Source: Candidatus Marinacidobacterium sp.
GTDB lineage: Bacteria > Acidobacteriota > Vicinamibacteria > Marinacidobacterales > Marinacidobacteraceae
Direction: 5' to 3'
DNA length: 64,000 nucleotides
Assembly (NCBI GenBank): GCA_965204755.1
Contig: OZ242011.1
Span: 1,056,001-1,120,000, forward strand
Both the position numbers and the translations under genes were made by a program. How positions within the stretch are numbered: the first letter of the stretch is position 1; every line of letters begins with the position of its first letter. A model generated the notes under the pieces. It worked only from the letters and a program-made list of their open reading frames with translations, was not told where the DNA came from and made no database searches. Positions 19,817-31,025 of the stretch are shown piece after piece.

Positions 19817-22051
19817 ATGATCTTCTTCGCCGACGAACCGTCCGACGATCAGGCTCCCGCCTCGACCCCGACCCCCGCCGCCGCTCCGCCGGCGGCGGAC
19901 GCGGCGCCGGCCGCGGCGCCGGCGCCCGTCGGGGCGCTCCCGACGGAAGCCCCCGCTCCCGCCGGCGCCTCCGGCCTCTTCGCCGGCGGCTCGACCGAGC
20001 CGGCGGCCGCGGCCGCCCCGGCGCCCGCCGCCCCGGTCGCCGCCGCCCCGGTCGCTGCCGCCTCGGTCGCTGCCGCCCCGGTCGCCGCGGCTCCGGCGGC
20101 CCCCGCGGCCGGCGCGATCTCGGAGGCTTTCCCGGCCCCGACTCCGATCGCGCCGCCGGCGGCGCCCGCCGCGCCGGCGCGCCTGTCGCCGGTCGCCACG
20201 CCGGCGCCGGGAGTCCGGCCGGCGTCGGCGAACGGCGCCGCCCCCGAAAGCGAGCCGGCGCTCGCCGCGCCCCCGCCGGTTGCGCCGATTCCCCCGGCTG
20301 CGCCGACGCCACCGGTCGCACCGATTCCCCCGGCTGCGCCGACGCCGTTGGCTCCGCCGAAGCCGCCGGCCGCGCCGACGCCGACCGTCGGGTTCGCCCC
20401 GCCCCCGGCCCGCCCCGCGCCGATCCCGGTCGAGACTGCGCCCGTCGAGCCCGCCCCGGTCGAGACTGCGCCCGTCGAGTCCGTCCCGGTCGGGACTCCG
20501 CCCGTCGGGCCCGTCCCGGTCGAGACTCCGCCCGTCGGGCCCGAAACGGCCCCGGCCGCCGCGCCGGAGGAGACGCCCGCCGACGCCCCGGCGGCGAACG
20601 GTGCGGCGGCGCTTCCCGTCCACCCCGGCGAAGAGGCCCTCCCGACCGGCTCCGGCGCGGTCATCAAGGTGATCGGCGTCGGCGGCGGCGGCGGCAACGC
20701 CGTGAACCGGATGATCGAGGCCGGGGTGCGCGGGGTGGAGTTCATCGCCGCGAACACCGACCTCCAGGTGCTCGAGCGCTCCCTCGCCCCGGTGAAGATC
20801 CCGCTCGGGGTGGACCGCACCGGCGGCCTCGGCTGCGGGGGCGACCCGGAGATCGGCCGGGCGGCGGCCCGCGACGACATGGACACCCTGATCACCGCGC
20901 TCCGGGGCGCGGACATGGTGTTCCTCACCGTCGGCGAAGGCGGCGGCACCGGCACCGGCGCCGCCCCGGTGGTCGCCTGCGTGGCCCAGGAGATCCAGGC
21001 GCTCGGCGTCGCGGTCGCCACCCGGCCGCTCGCGGTCGAGGGCCGCCGCCGCCGGGAGACCGCCGACGACGGCATCCGGGAACTCCGCGAGTATGTGGAC
21101 ACCCTGATCTCCGTCCCGAACGACCGGGTGGTCGAGGTCTTCGGCGACCAGCCGATCCGCAGCGCCTTCCGCGAGGCGGACGATGTCGTCCGCCAGGCGG
21201 TCCAGGGCATCTCCGACCTGATCCAGACCCCCGGCGAGATCAACCTCGACTTCGCCGATGTCCGCACGGCGATGCGCGCCCGCGGCGACGCGGTGATGGG
21301 CATCGGGGTCGCCTCCGGCGAGCACCGGGTCGAGGAGGCCACCCGCGCCGCCATCAGTTCCCCGCTGCTCGAGGACACCTCGATCCGGGGCGCGAGCAGC
21401 ATCATCCTGAATGTGAGCGGCGGCGACAGCCTCACCCTGAACGAGGTCCAGCGCGCCGCCGAGGTGGTGCGCGACGCCGTCCTCCCGGACGGCCCGGCCC
21501 TCCGCGCCGCCGCCGCTTCGGAACCGGGCGACTACATCCTGCTCGGCACCGCCCTCGACCCGTCCCTCGACGAGGCCGAGAGCGGCCCCGCCATCCGGGT
21601 GACGGTCGTCGCCACCGGCTTCCCGGAGCGCAGCCGCGCCGGCGCGACCCCGCAGGACTTCTTCGCCTACACCCGCCGCGCCGTGGCCGACCCGGCCGCG
21701 GTCGGCGCCCCGACCGGCGCCCCGTCCGGCAACCCGTCCGGCATCCCGTCCGGCGCGAACGGCCACGCCCCGGCCGCGGAGGGCGCGGGCGCGGCGGCGG
21801 AGCGGACGAACGGCGCCCCGGTCGAGCCCCCGGCCCCGGTGGCCTTCCCCACCCCGGCGCGGGCCGCCGGAGGCCGCCCCAACGGCGGTGACCGGCCCCG
21901 GCCGGCGGAGCGTCCCTACCCGCCGGAGGAAGCCTCCCCCCCGACCCCGACCCCGGACGCCCCGCCGACCTTCGACGCCGCCGCCGCCGGGGACGAGCGC
22001 TGGGGCGACCTGGACACCCCGGCGTGGTCCCAACACCCGAACAACCGGTAA
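19817..22051 (+). CDS. ftsZ: FtsZ with a long Pro/Ala-rich N-terminal extension
   Basis: IKVIGVGGGGGNAVNRM, GGGTGTGAAP, INLDFADV, TVVATGF, C-terminal peptide DLDTPAW; AGGAG RBS at 19804. Confidence 0.95.
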   Translation: MIFFADEPSDDQAPASTPTPAAAPPAADAAPAAAPAPVGALPTEAPAPAGASGLFAGGSTEPAAAAAPAPAAPVAAAPVAAASVAAAPVAAAPAAPAAGAISEAFPAPTPIAPPAAPAAPARLSPVATPAPGVRPASANGAAPESEPALAAPPPVAPIPPAAPTPPVAPIPPAAPTPLAPPKPPAAPTPTVGFAPPPARPAPIPVETAPVEPAPVETAPVESVPVGTPPVGPVPVETPPVGPETAPAAAPEETPADAPAANGAAALPVHPGEEALPTGSGAVIKVIGVGGGGGNAVNRMIEAGVRGVEFIAANTDLQVLERSLAPVKIPLGVDRTGGLGCGGDPEIGRAAARDDMDTLITALRGADMVFLTVGEGGGTGTGAAPVVACVAQEIQALGVAVATRPLAVEGRRRRETADDGIRELREYVDTLISVPNDRVVEVFGDQPIRSAFREADDVVRQAVQGISDLIQTPGEINLDFADVRTAMRARGDAVMGIGVASGEHRVEEATRAAISSPLLEDTSIRGASSIILNVSGGDSLTLNEVQRAAEVVRDAVLPDGPALRAAAASEPGDYILLGTALDPSLDEAESGPAIRVTVVATGFPERSRAGATPQDFFAYTRRAVADPAAVGAPTGAPSGNPSGIPSGANGHAPAAEGAGAAAERTNGAPVEPPAPVAFPTPARAAGGRPNGGDRPRPAERPYPPEEASPPTPTPDAPPTFDAAAAGDERWGDLDTPAWSQHPNNR

Positions 22052-23043
22052 CCCCCTCTCCTCCGGACGACGCCCCCGACCGCCCCCGCGCCGCGCCCGC
22101 CGCCCCGCCGCCGGGCGCCGGCGCGCCGCCGCCGGGAGCGTTCGTCCCCCGCCCGCTGCGAGCGCCGCCGGAACCGGGCGACGACCCCGGCCCCCGCCCC
22201 GAAGTCCCGGCGTTCCACTTCCCGGCGTTCCACTTCCCGGCCTTCCCCCCTCCCCACGCCTTCACCGGCCGCGCCCCGCCGGACCCCGCCGGGGCCGACC
22301 CGCCCCTCGGCGACCGAGACCGCGAAGCCGCCGACCGCCTCCTCCTCCGCCGCCTCCTCGGCGCGAAGCGCCTCCACGCGATGCGCCAAGTCCACGGCGC
22401 GACCGTCGTCGTGGCCGGATCCCCGAACGACCCCCCCCACCGACCCGACGACCGGGGCGGCGACGCCGCTCCGACCTGCGACGCGCTCATCACCGCCCGC
22501 CCCGGCGAAGCGGCCGCCGTCAAGACCGCCGACTGCATCCCCCTCCTCCTCCACGACGACCGAACCGGCGCCGCCGCCGCCGTCCACGCCGGCTGGCGCG
22601 GCGCCGCCGCCCGCGTAGTAGATCGCGCCGTCGCCGCCTTCGCCGAAACCACCGGCTCCCCCCCGACCTCCTTCCACGCCGCCATCGGCCCCGCCATCGG
22701 CCCCTGCTGCTTCGAAGTCGGCCCGGAAGTCCTCACCGCCTTCGCCGCAGCCGGCCGCAACCCCGACGACATCCGCCGCCCGCCGCCGCCGCGCTCCCGG
22801 TCGTCCCGGTCGCCCCGGTCGTCCCGGTCCGCCTACCTGCCCCGCCCCCACCTCGACCTCCCCCTCGACACCCGCCTCCGCCTCCTCGCCGCCGGCCTCG
22901 CCGAATCCCGCATCCACCAAGCCGCCCGCTGCACCCGCTGCGACCCCGCCTTCCACTCCCACCGCCGCTCCGCCCCCCACGCCGGCCGCAACTGGAGCGT
23001 GATCTTGGCAACTCCCGACCTCACCCGCGCGACCACCAACTGA
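22024..23043 (+). CDS. pgeF: PgeF/YfiH (DUF152) family protein
   Basis: QVHG, CDALIT, KTADCIPLL, HAGWRG, GPAIGPCCFEVG, FHSHRR. Start uncertain. Confidence 0.9.
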   Translation: MVPTPEQPVTPSPPDDAPDRPRAAPAAPPPGAGAPPPGAFVPRPLRAPPEPGDDPGPRPEVPAFHFPAFHFPAFPPPHAFTGRAPPDPAGADPPLGDRDREAADRLLLRRLLGAKRLHAMRQVHGATVVVAGSPNDPPHRPDDRGGDAAPTCDALITARPGEAAAVKTADCIPLLLHDDRTGAAAAVHAGWRGAAARVVDRAVAAFAETTGSPPTSFHAAIGPAIGPCCFEVGPEVLTAFAAAGRNPDDIRRPPPPRSRSSRSPRSSRSAYLPRPHLDLPLDTRLRLLAAGLAESRIHQAARCTRCDPAFHSHRRSAPHAGRNWSVILATPDLTRATTN

Positions 23044-23096
23044 ACCGCCTGCTCCGACCCTTCCGGCGGAGCGCTCGACCGGCGGCCTCCGCCCCG

Positions 23097-24089
23097 TCAG
23101 TCCTCCATCTCGATGCCGCACACCTCGGCGATCCGCCGGGCCAGTGCGGCGAAGTCCCGCCGACACCCGGCGACAGCGGCGGCGTGTCCACCGATCGCAC
23201 CGTCGGCGGCCCGGAGCGCAAACATCGGCTTGCGCGCTTCCTGGGCGAGCGGCATCAGGCTGCGGTAGTGCTTGAGCGCGGCCAAGCAATGCGGGTCGCC
23301 GGCGAGATCCACTCCCTCTGAGGTCTCTTCGAAAGCGACTTCCTTGCCGTACACCGCGGGAATACGCGCCATCCACCGGCCATACGCCTTCACCGGACGA
23401 TCCAACCGTACGGCGTGCTGGAGAACGACATAGCCTGCAGGACGCATTCTCCCCTCCGGCAATTCGAGATCGGCGACCGGATTGCGCTCGCGCCGCTCTC
23501 GCCACTCCCGTTGCCAAGTGCGCAGCGTGGGTCCGAGGTTGCGAAGCCCCTGAAACGAATAGAGGTCCGGCGCGAGCGGCACGACAACATGATCTGCTGC
23601 GATAAGCGCGGCTCGATTGAACGCCCCCAAGTTGGGCCCGACATCGAGCAAGACGACCTGCGCTTCCATGCCCTGTGCGCCCACGCGCAGGATCCGCGAG
23701 AGCGCGGACAGCACTCGAAACGCACGCTCGCCGCCATCGAGGCACCGCGGCCACTGGTTCGACAACTCGTCTTCAGCCCTCGCCAACTGCAGATCGCCGA
23801 CGACGAGACCGAGTCCGAGGTCGGGCGCTTCGACATGTGGAGCAGCCACGTCCCCGGTTCCCTCGAGCAACGGGCGGAAGGCGCCGTACACGGTCCGACG
23901 GGAGTGGTCCCCGTCCCAGAGACTCTCCAGCCGTTCCTCGTCGAGGAACATCCCGGTCAGGTTGGACTGCGGGTCGAGGTCGGCAGCGAGCGCGTTCACG
24001 CCCAGTTCCGCATACATCCACGCCAAGTGGTACACCAGCGAAGTCTTGCCGACGCCGCCCTTGTTGTTGAAGAACGCGATCGTCGTCAT
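23097..24089 (-). CDS. Orphan ParA/Soj-family ATPase
   Basis: FFNNKGGVGKTS, DLDPQSNLT, DVGPNLG; no parB nearby. Confidence 0.9.
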   Translation of the reverse strand: MTTIAFFNNKGGVGKTSLVYHLAWMYAELGVNALAADLDPQSNLTGMFLDEERLESLWDGDHSRRTVYGAFRPLLEGTGDVAAPHVEAPDLGLGLVVGDLQLARAEDELSNQWPRCLDGGERAFRVLSALSRILRVGAQGMEAQVVLLDVGPNLGAFNRAALIAADHVVVPLAPDLYSFQGLRNLGPTLRTWQREWRERRERNPVADLELPEGRMRPAGYVVLQHAVRLDRPVKAYGRWMARIPAVYGKEVAFEETSEGVDLAGDPHCLAALKHYRSLMPLAQEARKPMFALRAADGAIGGHAAAVAGCRRDFAALARRIAEVCGIEMED

Positions 24090-25276
24090 GGCGCGGACTT
24101 CACGACGGCCTTAACTTCGGCCTGGGAGAACGAGAACTCCGGCGGCGGATTCCCGTTCGCTTCGAGTCTCTTCTTCGCGAGGGGTATGCCGACTCCGAAC
24201 TTCTGGGCGAACCCGAGGTGCGCCATGATCTCCGCCACCAGCGGATTACGGTAGTCGGTCACTCCTTCGCCGAACCCTTCCTTGTTGACCCGGCCGTAGA
24301 GCCCGCCCGGGCTGGATATCTCCACGCGGTCGTCGAACCAGTACACCCGAATCGGGGCGTTCGACTCGTAACTGCGATGCATGACGGCATTCCTCACGAG
24401 TTGCCTCAACGCATCGATCGGATAGTCCGGTTGCCGCAACTCCCGTTCGACGCCGTCGACTACAGTACGTGTCAGAATGTTGAGATCGAGCAACTCTTCC
24501 AAACTGCGCAACACATCGACGAGCCTGCCGTCCATCTTCTTCTGGTTACGGATGGGATCCGTGACTTCGCGGCCGGAGATACGGAGGAACTGCACATAGG
24601 CTCCCGGAAGCCATACGAGGGGGTCGCGGGCGAAGGCGAGCAGGGCACCCCGGACGGGCGAAGAACTCGCTCCCAGCAGTCGGAGTGAACGCAGTTGCAT
24701 TTCGAAGGGTCGGCGGTTCTCTTCGAGAACTTCTTCGTCGACGGCCGCCGGCAGGTACTGCTCCCGCACGAATCCCTCGTCCAAGTCGGACAGCAAAGCG
24801 CTCTCACAGGGCCGCTGGTCGAATGGCAGATCCGCCGTGCGTCGGCGCTCGCTCAGACGCACTTCGTCATCGGGCGTCGCCTGGCGCACCGTGGGGCCGA
24901 CCCGCACCCACACGCGCCCCCGATACCGCACCGGCGGATACCGCGCTGGCTCGACGAGGACGACGGCAACCTCCCCCTCGCCCAACTTCCGCTTCTCGAC
25001 CGTGAGCGACGGCATCGGCAAGATGTTCCCGTCGTCCCGAACCCCAGTGACCCGGCGGAGCAGTTCGTCGTCGATCGGAGTGCCGGAGATTCGACCGTCG
25101 TCTTCGACGCCGATCAGCAGGACCCCCGGTTCGCCGTGTCCCGGCAAGTCGTTCGCGAACGCGCAGATGTTTCGCCGTATCGCCTTCCCGTCGGCCACCG
25201 AACGCTTGCGTTCGACGCGATCGGACTCGAGATCCGCCGCCAACTGTGCGATCTGATTGTCGGTATAGCGAGGCAT
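24086..25276 (-). CDS. Schlafen/AlbA_2 domain plus HATPase_c_4 (RecG-C-like) protein
   Basis: ESDRVERK, ICAFAND, LLIGVEDDG; ALRQLVRNAVMHRSY, DRVEISSPGGL, YRNPLVA, KFGVGI. Confidence 0.85.
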   Translation of the reverse strand: MPRYTDNQIAQLAADLESDRVERKRSVADGKAIRRNICAFANDLPGHGEPGVLLIGVEDDGRISGTPIDDELLRRVTGVRDDGNILPMPSLTVEKRKLGEGEVAVVLVEPARYPPVRYRGRVWVRVGPTVRQATPDDEVRLSERRRTADLPFDQRPCESALLSDLDEGFVREQYLPAAVDEEVLEENRRPFEMQLRSLRLLGASSSPVRGALLAFARDPLVWLPGAYVQFLRISGREVTDPIRNQKKMDGRLVDVLRSLEELLDLNILTRTVVDGVERELRQPDYPIDALRQLVRNAVMHRSYESNAPIRVYWFDDRVEISSPGGLYGRVNKEGFGEGVTDYRNPLVAEIMAHLGFAQKFGVGIPLAKKRLEANGNPPPEFSFSQAEVKAVVKSAP

Positions 25277-25499
25277 CGAAGCGGTACCGGAGCGACGCCG
25301 CGGTCGTCAGAGACCCGGTCGCTGCCGCACGATCGTCTCTCGGCGGTTCTCCGGCGGGCCGGATTCTACGGCGGAGGACCGGCCGACGGCGGGTGTCGAG
25401 GCGCAGAAACGCTCGGATCCACACACCCCGCAACGACGGCAGCCGGAGAGGTCGCCGTCCGGGCCGCGGTCATGACCATGGACGGCTAGGCTCACGACG

Positions 25500-25886
25500 A
25501 TGACGACTCGGGGCCGCCACTCGCCCCCGTCCGCCGGGCTGACCGCGGCCGCGGGGAGCCGGCGGGCGATGCCGCGGCCGACCCCGGCCGAGCCTCGGGC
25601 GCGAGTCGTGGAGGCAGCCGAGTTCGAGGCCGAGTGCCGGCGGTTGCTCGACGAAGTCGCCGCCGGGGGCGGGGAGATCGTGATTGCGAAGAACGGGCGG
25701 GCGGTCTGCCGGCTCGTTCCGGCGGATGCGCCGAAGTCCGCGCCCATCGGGAAGTATCGGGACTGGATCGACATCACCGGGGACATCGTGGCCCCGGTCG
25801 ATGTCGAGTGGGAGGCGGCGGTGAATCCGGACCGGGTCCTCGATCCTTCCTCGCCGCCGCCGCGCTCGTCGGGGGGCGCGCGCTGA
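25500..25886 (+). CDS. Phd/YefM-family antitoxin-like protein (no toxin adjacent)
   Basis: AAEFEAECRRLLDEV...EIVIAKNGRAVCRLVP...IDITGDIVAP. Confidence 0.7.
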   Translation: MTTRGRHSPPSAGLTAAAGSRRAMPRPTPAEPRARVVEAAEFEAECRRLLDEVAAGGGEIVIAKNGRAVCRLVPADAPKSAPIGKYRDWIDITGDIVAPVDVEWEAAVNPDRVLDPSSPPPRSSGGAR

Positions 25887-25917
25887 CCGGCGCGGCCCGT
25901 CGGGTCGCCGCCGCGGA

Positions 25918-25950
25918 CTGACGCCCGGCGCTGACGCCCGGCGCTGACGC
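25918..25950. repeat. 13-bp tandem repeat CTGACGCCCGGCG x2.5
   Basis: Seen directly between convergent genes. Confidence 0.85.
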
Positions 25951-25968
25951 TTGGCCGCCGGGCGGGAG

Positions 25969-27711
25969 TCAGGCCACCAGGCGGGCCGCCTTGGCGGCCT
26001 GGTCGCGGAGCAACTCGTCCTTCATCCCGGTGTCGAGGAAACTCCAGGGCAACTCCTCGTCGAGGCCGCGCTCGCGGTGGAGGTAGAAGTCGGCGGAGAG
26101 ACCGGCCGCCCGCAGGCTCGGCGCGAGGCCCTTCCCGGCGGCGAGGTCGAGGAGCACCGGCGCCAACCGGCGGTCACCGACGGCGAGCAGCGCCTGCAGC
26201 CGCTCCATCCGGGGGGACTTGCAGTGCGCTTCCACGCCCTCGAGGGAACCGAGTTCCCGCGAGAGGCGCCGCATCCGGGCGGTCAACACCGGCAGCGGCG
26301 CCATCGGCCGCCACTGGAACGGGGTGCCCGGCTTGGGGATGAACGGGTTGACGCTGCAGATCGTCCGGGCCGAGCGGCGCCGCGCCCGCACCCGGTCGCG
26401 GACCGCGGCGACGAGCGGGGTGATCGCGGCGGCGTCCTCGTCGGTCTCGCCCGGCAGCCCGACCATCAGGTACAACTTGAGGTTCTCCACGCCGGCGTCC
26501 AGCAGGATTTCCACCCGCTCCAGGATCTCCTCGTTGGTGACCCGCTTGTGGATCGCGCGGCGCAGCCGGTCGGTCCCGACTTCGGGCGCGACGGCCACCG
26601 TGCGCTCCCCGCTCTCGGCGAGCGGGCGGGCGAACTCGTCGCGGACATCCTCGAAGCGGATCGAGGAGACGCTCACCCGGTAGCCCAGGTCCCGGAGCGC
26701 GCCGACCAGCGGCACGATCTCCCGGTGGGCGCCCACCGCGGTGGAGACCAGCCCGATCCGGTCGGTGTGGCGGCGGGCGGCGCGGGCCAGCGCCAGCAGC
26801 CCCTCCACCTCGAAGGACCGCTTCGGCAGGTAGGAATACCCGGCCCAGCAGAACCGGCAGAGGGTCGGACAGCCGCGGGACACCTCGACGAGGAACTTCC
26901 CGGACATCTCGGTGTCCTCGGTGAGCAGGAAGGTCGCCGGCGGCGGGAACCGGGAGTCCTTCCCCATCCGGGCGCGCACCGCCCGCTGCCCGTCCGGGGC
27001 CCGCCGCTCGCGGATGCGTCCGTCCGGGTCGTGGAAGACCCGGTGCGCCGCCGGGACATAGAACCCGGGTTCGGCGGCGAGCCGGTCGAGCCGCTCGGCG
27101 CGGGTTCCGGCGGCCAGGTGTTCGGTGAGCGCCGGGAGCAGCGCCTCCGCCTCGCCGACGCCGAAAGCGTCCACGAAGGGGGCGAGCGGCTCCGGGTTCA
27201 GGAAGGTCACCGGCCCGCCGGCGAGGACCAGCGGATCCCTCGGCCCCCGGGACTCGGCGAGCGGCGGGATGCCGGCGAGTTCCAGCATCTCCACCAGCCG
27301 CACCGCGTCCGGCTCGAAGGTGATCGAGAAGGCCACTGCGTCGAAGTCCCGGACCGGGCGCCCGCTCTCCAGCGCGCCGAGCGGCAGCCCGGTCCGGCGG
27401 TACTCCGCGTGTTCGACCCGGTCCGGGTAGAAGAAGCGCTCGCTGGACACGCCGGGCAGGAGGTCGAAGAACCGGTGCACCGCCTGGAACCCCACATTGG
27501 ACATCCCCAGCGCGTAGCGGTTCGGGTAGCCGACGGCCACCGACATCCCGGACGCCGACGACCGCGGCGACCCGGCGCGGGGCCCGCCGGAGGCGAGCGC
27601 GACCGGGGCCGGAAAGTCCGGCGGCGTCTCCAGCCGGACTTCGCCGGCCAGCCGCCGTTCGGCGCGTTCCCGGAGCCGCCGGTCGGCGAGGCTCCCCCGG
27701 CGGGGTCTCAT
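25969..27711 (-). CDS. Radical SAM protein (TIGR03960/YgiQ-like)
   Basis: YPNRYALGMSNVGFQ, GGPVTFLNPEPL, RGCPTLCRFC (CxxxCxxC), YLMVGLPGET, FIPKPGTPFQW. Start uncertain. Confidence 0.85.
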   Translation of the reverse strand: MRPRRGSLADRRLRERAERRLAGEVRLETPPDFPAPVALASGGPRAGSPRSSASGMSVAVGYPNRYALGMSNVGFQAVHRFFDLLPGVSSERFFYPDRVEHAEYRRTGLPLGALESGRPVRDFDAVAFSITFEPDAVRLVEMLELAGIPPLAESRGPRDPLVLAGGPVTFLNPEPLAPFVDAFGVGEAEALLPALTEHLAAGTRAERLDRLAAEPGFYVPAAHRVFHDPDGRIRERRAPDGQRAVRARMGKDSRFPPPATFLLTEDTEMSGKFLVEVSRGCPTLCRFCWAGYSYLPKRSFEVEGLLALARAARRHTDRIGLVSTAVGAHREIVPLVGALRDLGYRVSVSSIRFEDVRDEFARPLAESGERTVAVAPEVGTDRLRRAIHKRVTNEEILERVEILLDAGVENLKLYLMVGLPGETDEDAAAITPLVAAVRDRVRARRRSARTICSVNPFIPKPGTPFQWRPMAPLPVLTARMRRLSRELGSLEGVEAHCKSPRMERLQALLAVGDRRLAPVLLDLAAGKGLAPSLRAAGLSADFYLHRERGLDEELPWSFLDTGMKDELLRDQAAKAARLVA

Positions 27712-27745
27712 CCCGCCGCGCGGCGCGGGCCGGCGGGCCGAACCC

Positions 27746-28558
27746 TCACCCGGCGGGGGCCTCCGGCGGCGCGTCCGACGGGGCCCCCGACGGGGCCTCC
27801 GACAGCGACTCGCCGGCGGCGTCCCCTTCCGCTTCCGCCCCGCCGTCGCCCGGCGGCGGTTCGTAGCAGAGGAGCCGGGCGCAGGACTCGCAGGTGAGCA
27901 CCTGCCGGCCGGCCCGCAGGTCCTCGAAGAGTTGCGGACGAAGCCGCACATGACACGCCGTGCAGCGGTCCACCGAGACGACCGCCACCGCGCGTCCGCC
28001 CTTGGCCGACCGCACCCGCTCGTACCGCGCGAGCAGGGCGTCCGTCAGCCGGGAGGCCGCCTCCTTCCGCCGCCCGAGCAGCGTCTCCCGCTCCGCCCGG
28101 TTTTCCCGCTGCAGCGCCCGCACCTTCTCCCGCTGCTTCTCCATCCGGGCGGCGGCCTCCCGGAACCCCGCCCGCTCGTCGGCGCGCTCCCTCTTCAGCC
28201 GCCCCTCGTCCTCCATCAACTCCAGGATGCGGTCCTCGACCGCGCTGATCCGCTCCCTCTTCGTCCGGATCTGCGTTTGGAGCCCCCTGTATTCCACATT
28301 CGAACTCGCCCCGAGCAACTGTCCTTCGTACTTCTCGACCGCCGCCTCCGCGTCCTCGAGTTCCGCCTCCGCCCGGCGGCGCGCCGCGCCGTTTTCCTCG
28401 AGGGCCCGCTCCGCCTGCTCCAGCCGGCCGCGGGCCTCGGTTTCCTCCCGGTCTATGGCGGCGAGGGCGCGGGGCGCATCGGCCAGGCGCCCGTCGACGA
28501 CGCGCAGTTCGTCGTCGAGGTGCTGCACCTCCCGCAGCGTGAGCAGCGCGGGAAGCAC
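27746..28558 (-). CDS. Coiled-coil C4-type zinc-ribbon protein (DUF164/CdsZ-like)
   Basis: Long coiled coil, then CTACHVRL...CESCARLL; common neighbour of rpoD-tRNA. Confidence 0.85.
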   Translation of the reverse strand: MLPALLTLREVQHLDDELRVVDGRLADAPRALAAIDREETEARGRLEQAERALEENGAARRRAEAELEDAEAAVEKYEGQLLGASSNVEYRGLQTQIRTKRERISAVEDRILELMEDEGRLKRERADERAGFREAAARMEKQREKVRALQRENRAERETLLGRRKEAASRLTDALLARYERVRSAKGGRAVAVVSVDRCTACHVRLRPQLFEDLRAGRQVLTCESCARLLCYEPPPGDGGAEAEGDAAGESLSEAPSGAPSDAPPEAPAG

Positions 28559-28657
28559 CGTTTCAGCGGGTCGGCGCCGACCGCCCGCGGTCCCGGCGGC
28601 AACCCGCCCGGCCGAAGAAGGATTCGCGTTCCGGACCCAGCCGCCGCCGAGCGGCGG

Positions 28658-28730
28658 TGGGCCCACCAGGATTTGAACCTGGGGCCAACCGGTTATGAGC
28701 CGGCCGCTCTGACCACTGAGCTATGGGCCC
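28658..28730 (-). tRNA. tRNA with CAT anticodon, most likely tRNA-Ile2 (lysidine); CCA not encoded
   Basis: GGGCCCATAGCTCAGTGGTCAGAGCGGCCGGCT-CAT-AACCGGTTGGCCCCAGGTTCAAATCCTGGTGGGCCCA; G1:C72 pair, no initiator triple G:C anticodon stem; followed by CCG. Confidence 0.92.
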
Positions 28731-28780
28731 GACTGCCGCCCCCGCGGCGTCCCGCTCCGCCGACGGAGCCCGGCCGGAGG

Positions 28781-30538
<1,758 letters not shown>

Positions 30539-30639
30539 TTCAGCCTCCTCCGGCTACCGATTCCCGGGAGGGTTCCCGTCGGGGCCCCTCCGGCCTGTTC
30601 GCCCGGACGACGCCGCGTTCGCGGTTCCGCCGGGCCCGA

Positions 30640-30677
30640 TCATTCGGCGGGTCATTCGGCAGGTCATTCGGCGGGTC
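30640..30677. repeat. 12-bp tandem repeat TCATTCGGC(G/A)GG x3 in the rpoD upstream region
   Basis: tcattcggcggg tcattcggcagg tcattcggcggg tc. Confidence 0.85.
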
Positions 30678-31016
30678 GGTGGGCGGATCCCCGCGGGTGG
30701 GCCGGCCGCGGCGGCCGTCGCCCCCGCGGTCCCGCTCTCCGCCCCTGCCGCCCTGCGCCCGACCGATTCCCCGAGGGAGACGAAACCGAGCGCTCCGGGG
30801 CTCACTCCGTATCCCTCGATCCCTCAGCCGCCGAGGGCCGGGGCGCCCCGAAAACCGCCGGGCGCGAACGCTGCGGTTGGCCGCCGCCCGGGACATCGGC
30901 GCGGCGGACGGGCCGGGCGCGCGGCGCAGACAGCGGGGTCGCGGACAGTCAACGGAGCAGCAGAAAAATGGGGCCGTCGGTTCGCGCCGGACACCGGCGC
31001 GCGCGGCAAACCGGCG

Positions 31017-31025
31017 ATTCTAGCA
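31017..31025 (-). promoter_or_regulatory. Candidate extended -10 promoter for rpoD (TGCTAGAAT)
   Basis: TGnTAnnnT match in otherwise very GC-rich DNA, about 480 bp upstream of the rpoD ATG. Confidence 0.5.

Noticed and set aside
5307-22772. Long antisense and alternative-frame ORFs over the dcw cluster (e.g. 5307-8024, 7628-10159, 17491-19818)
   Set aside because: Arg/Gly/Pro-rich shadow ORFs caused by high GC, overlapping well-supported genes.
28658-28730. tRNA-fMet call, or tRNA as an integration site
   Set aside because: No C1:A72 mismatch or triple G:C anticodon stem; no duplicated 3' end or integrase seen. Elongator Met cannot be fully excluded by eye.
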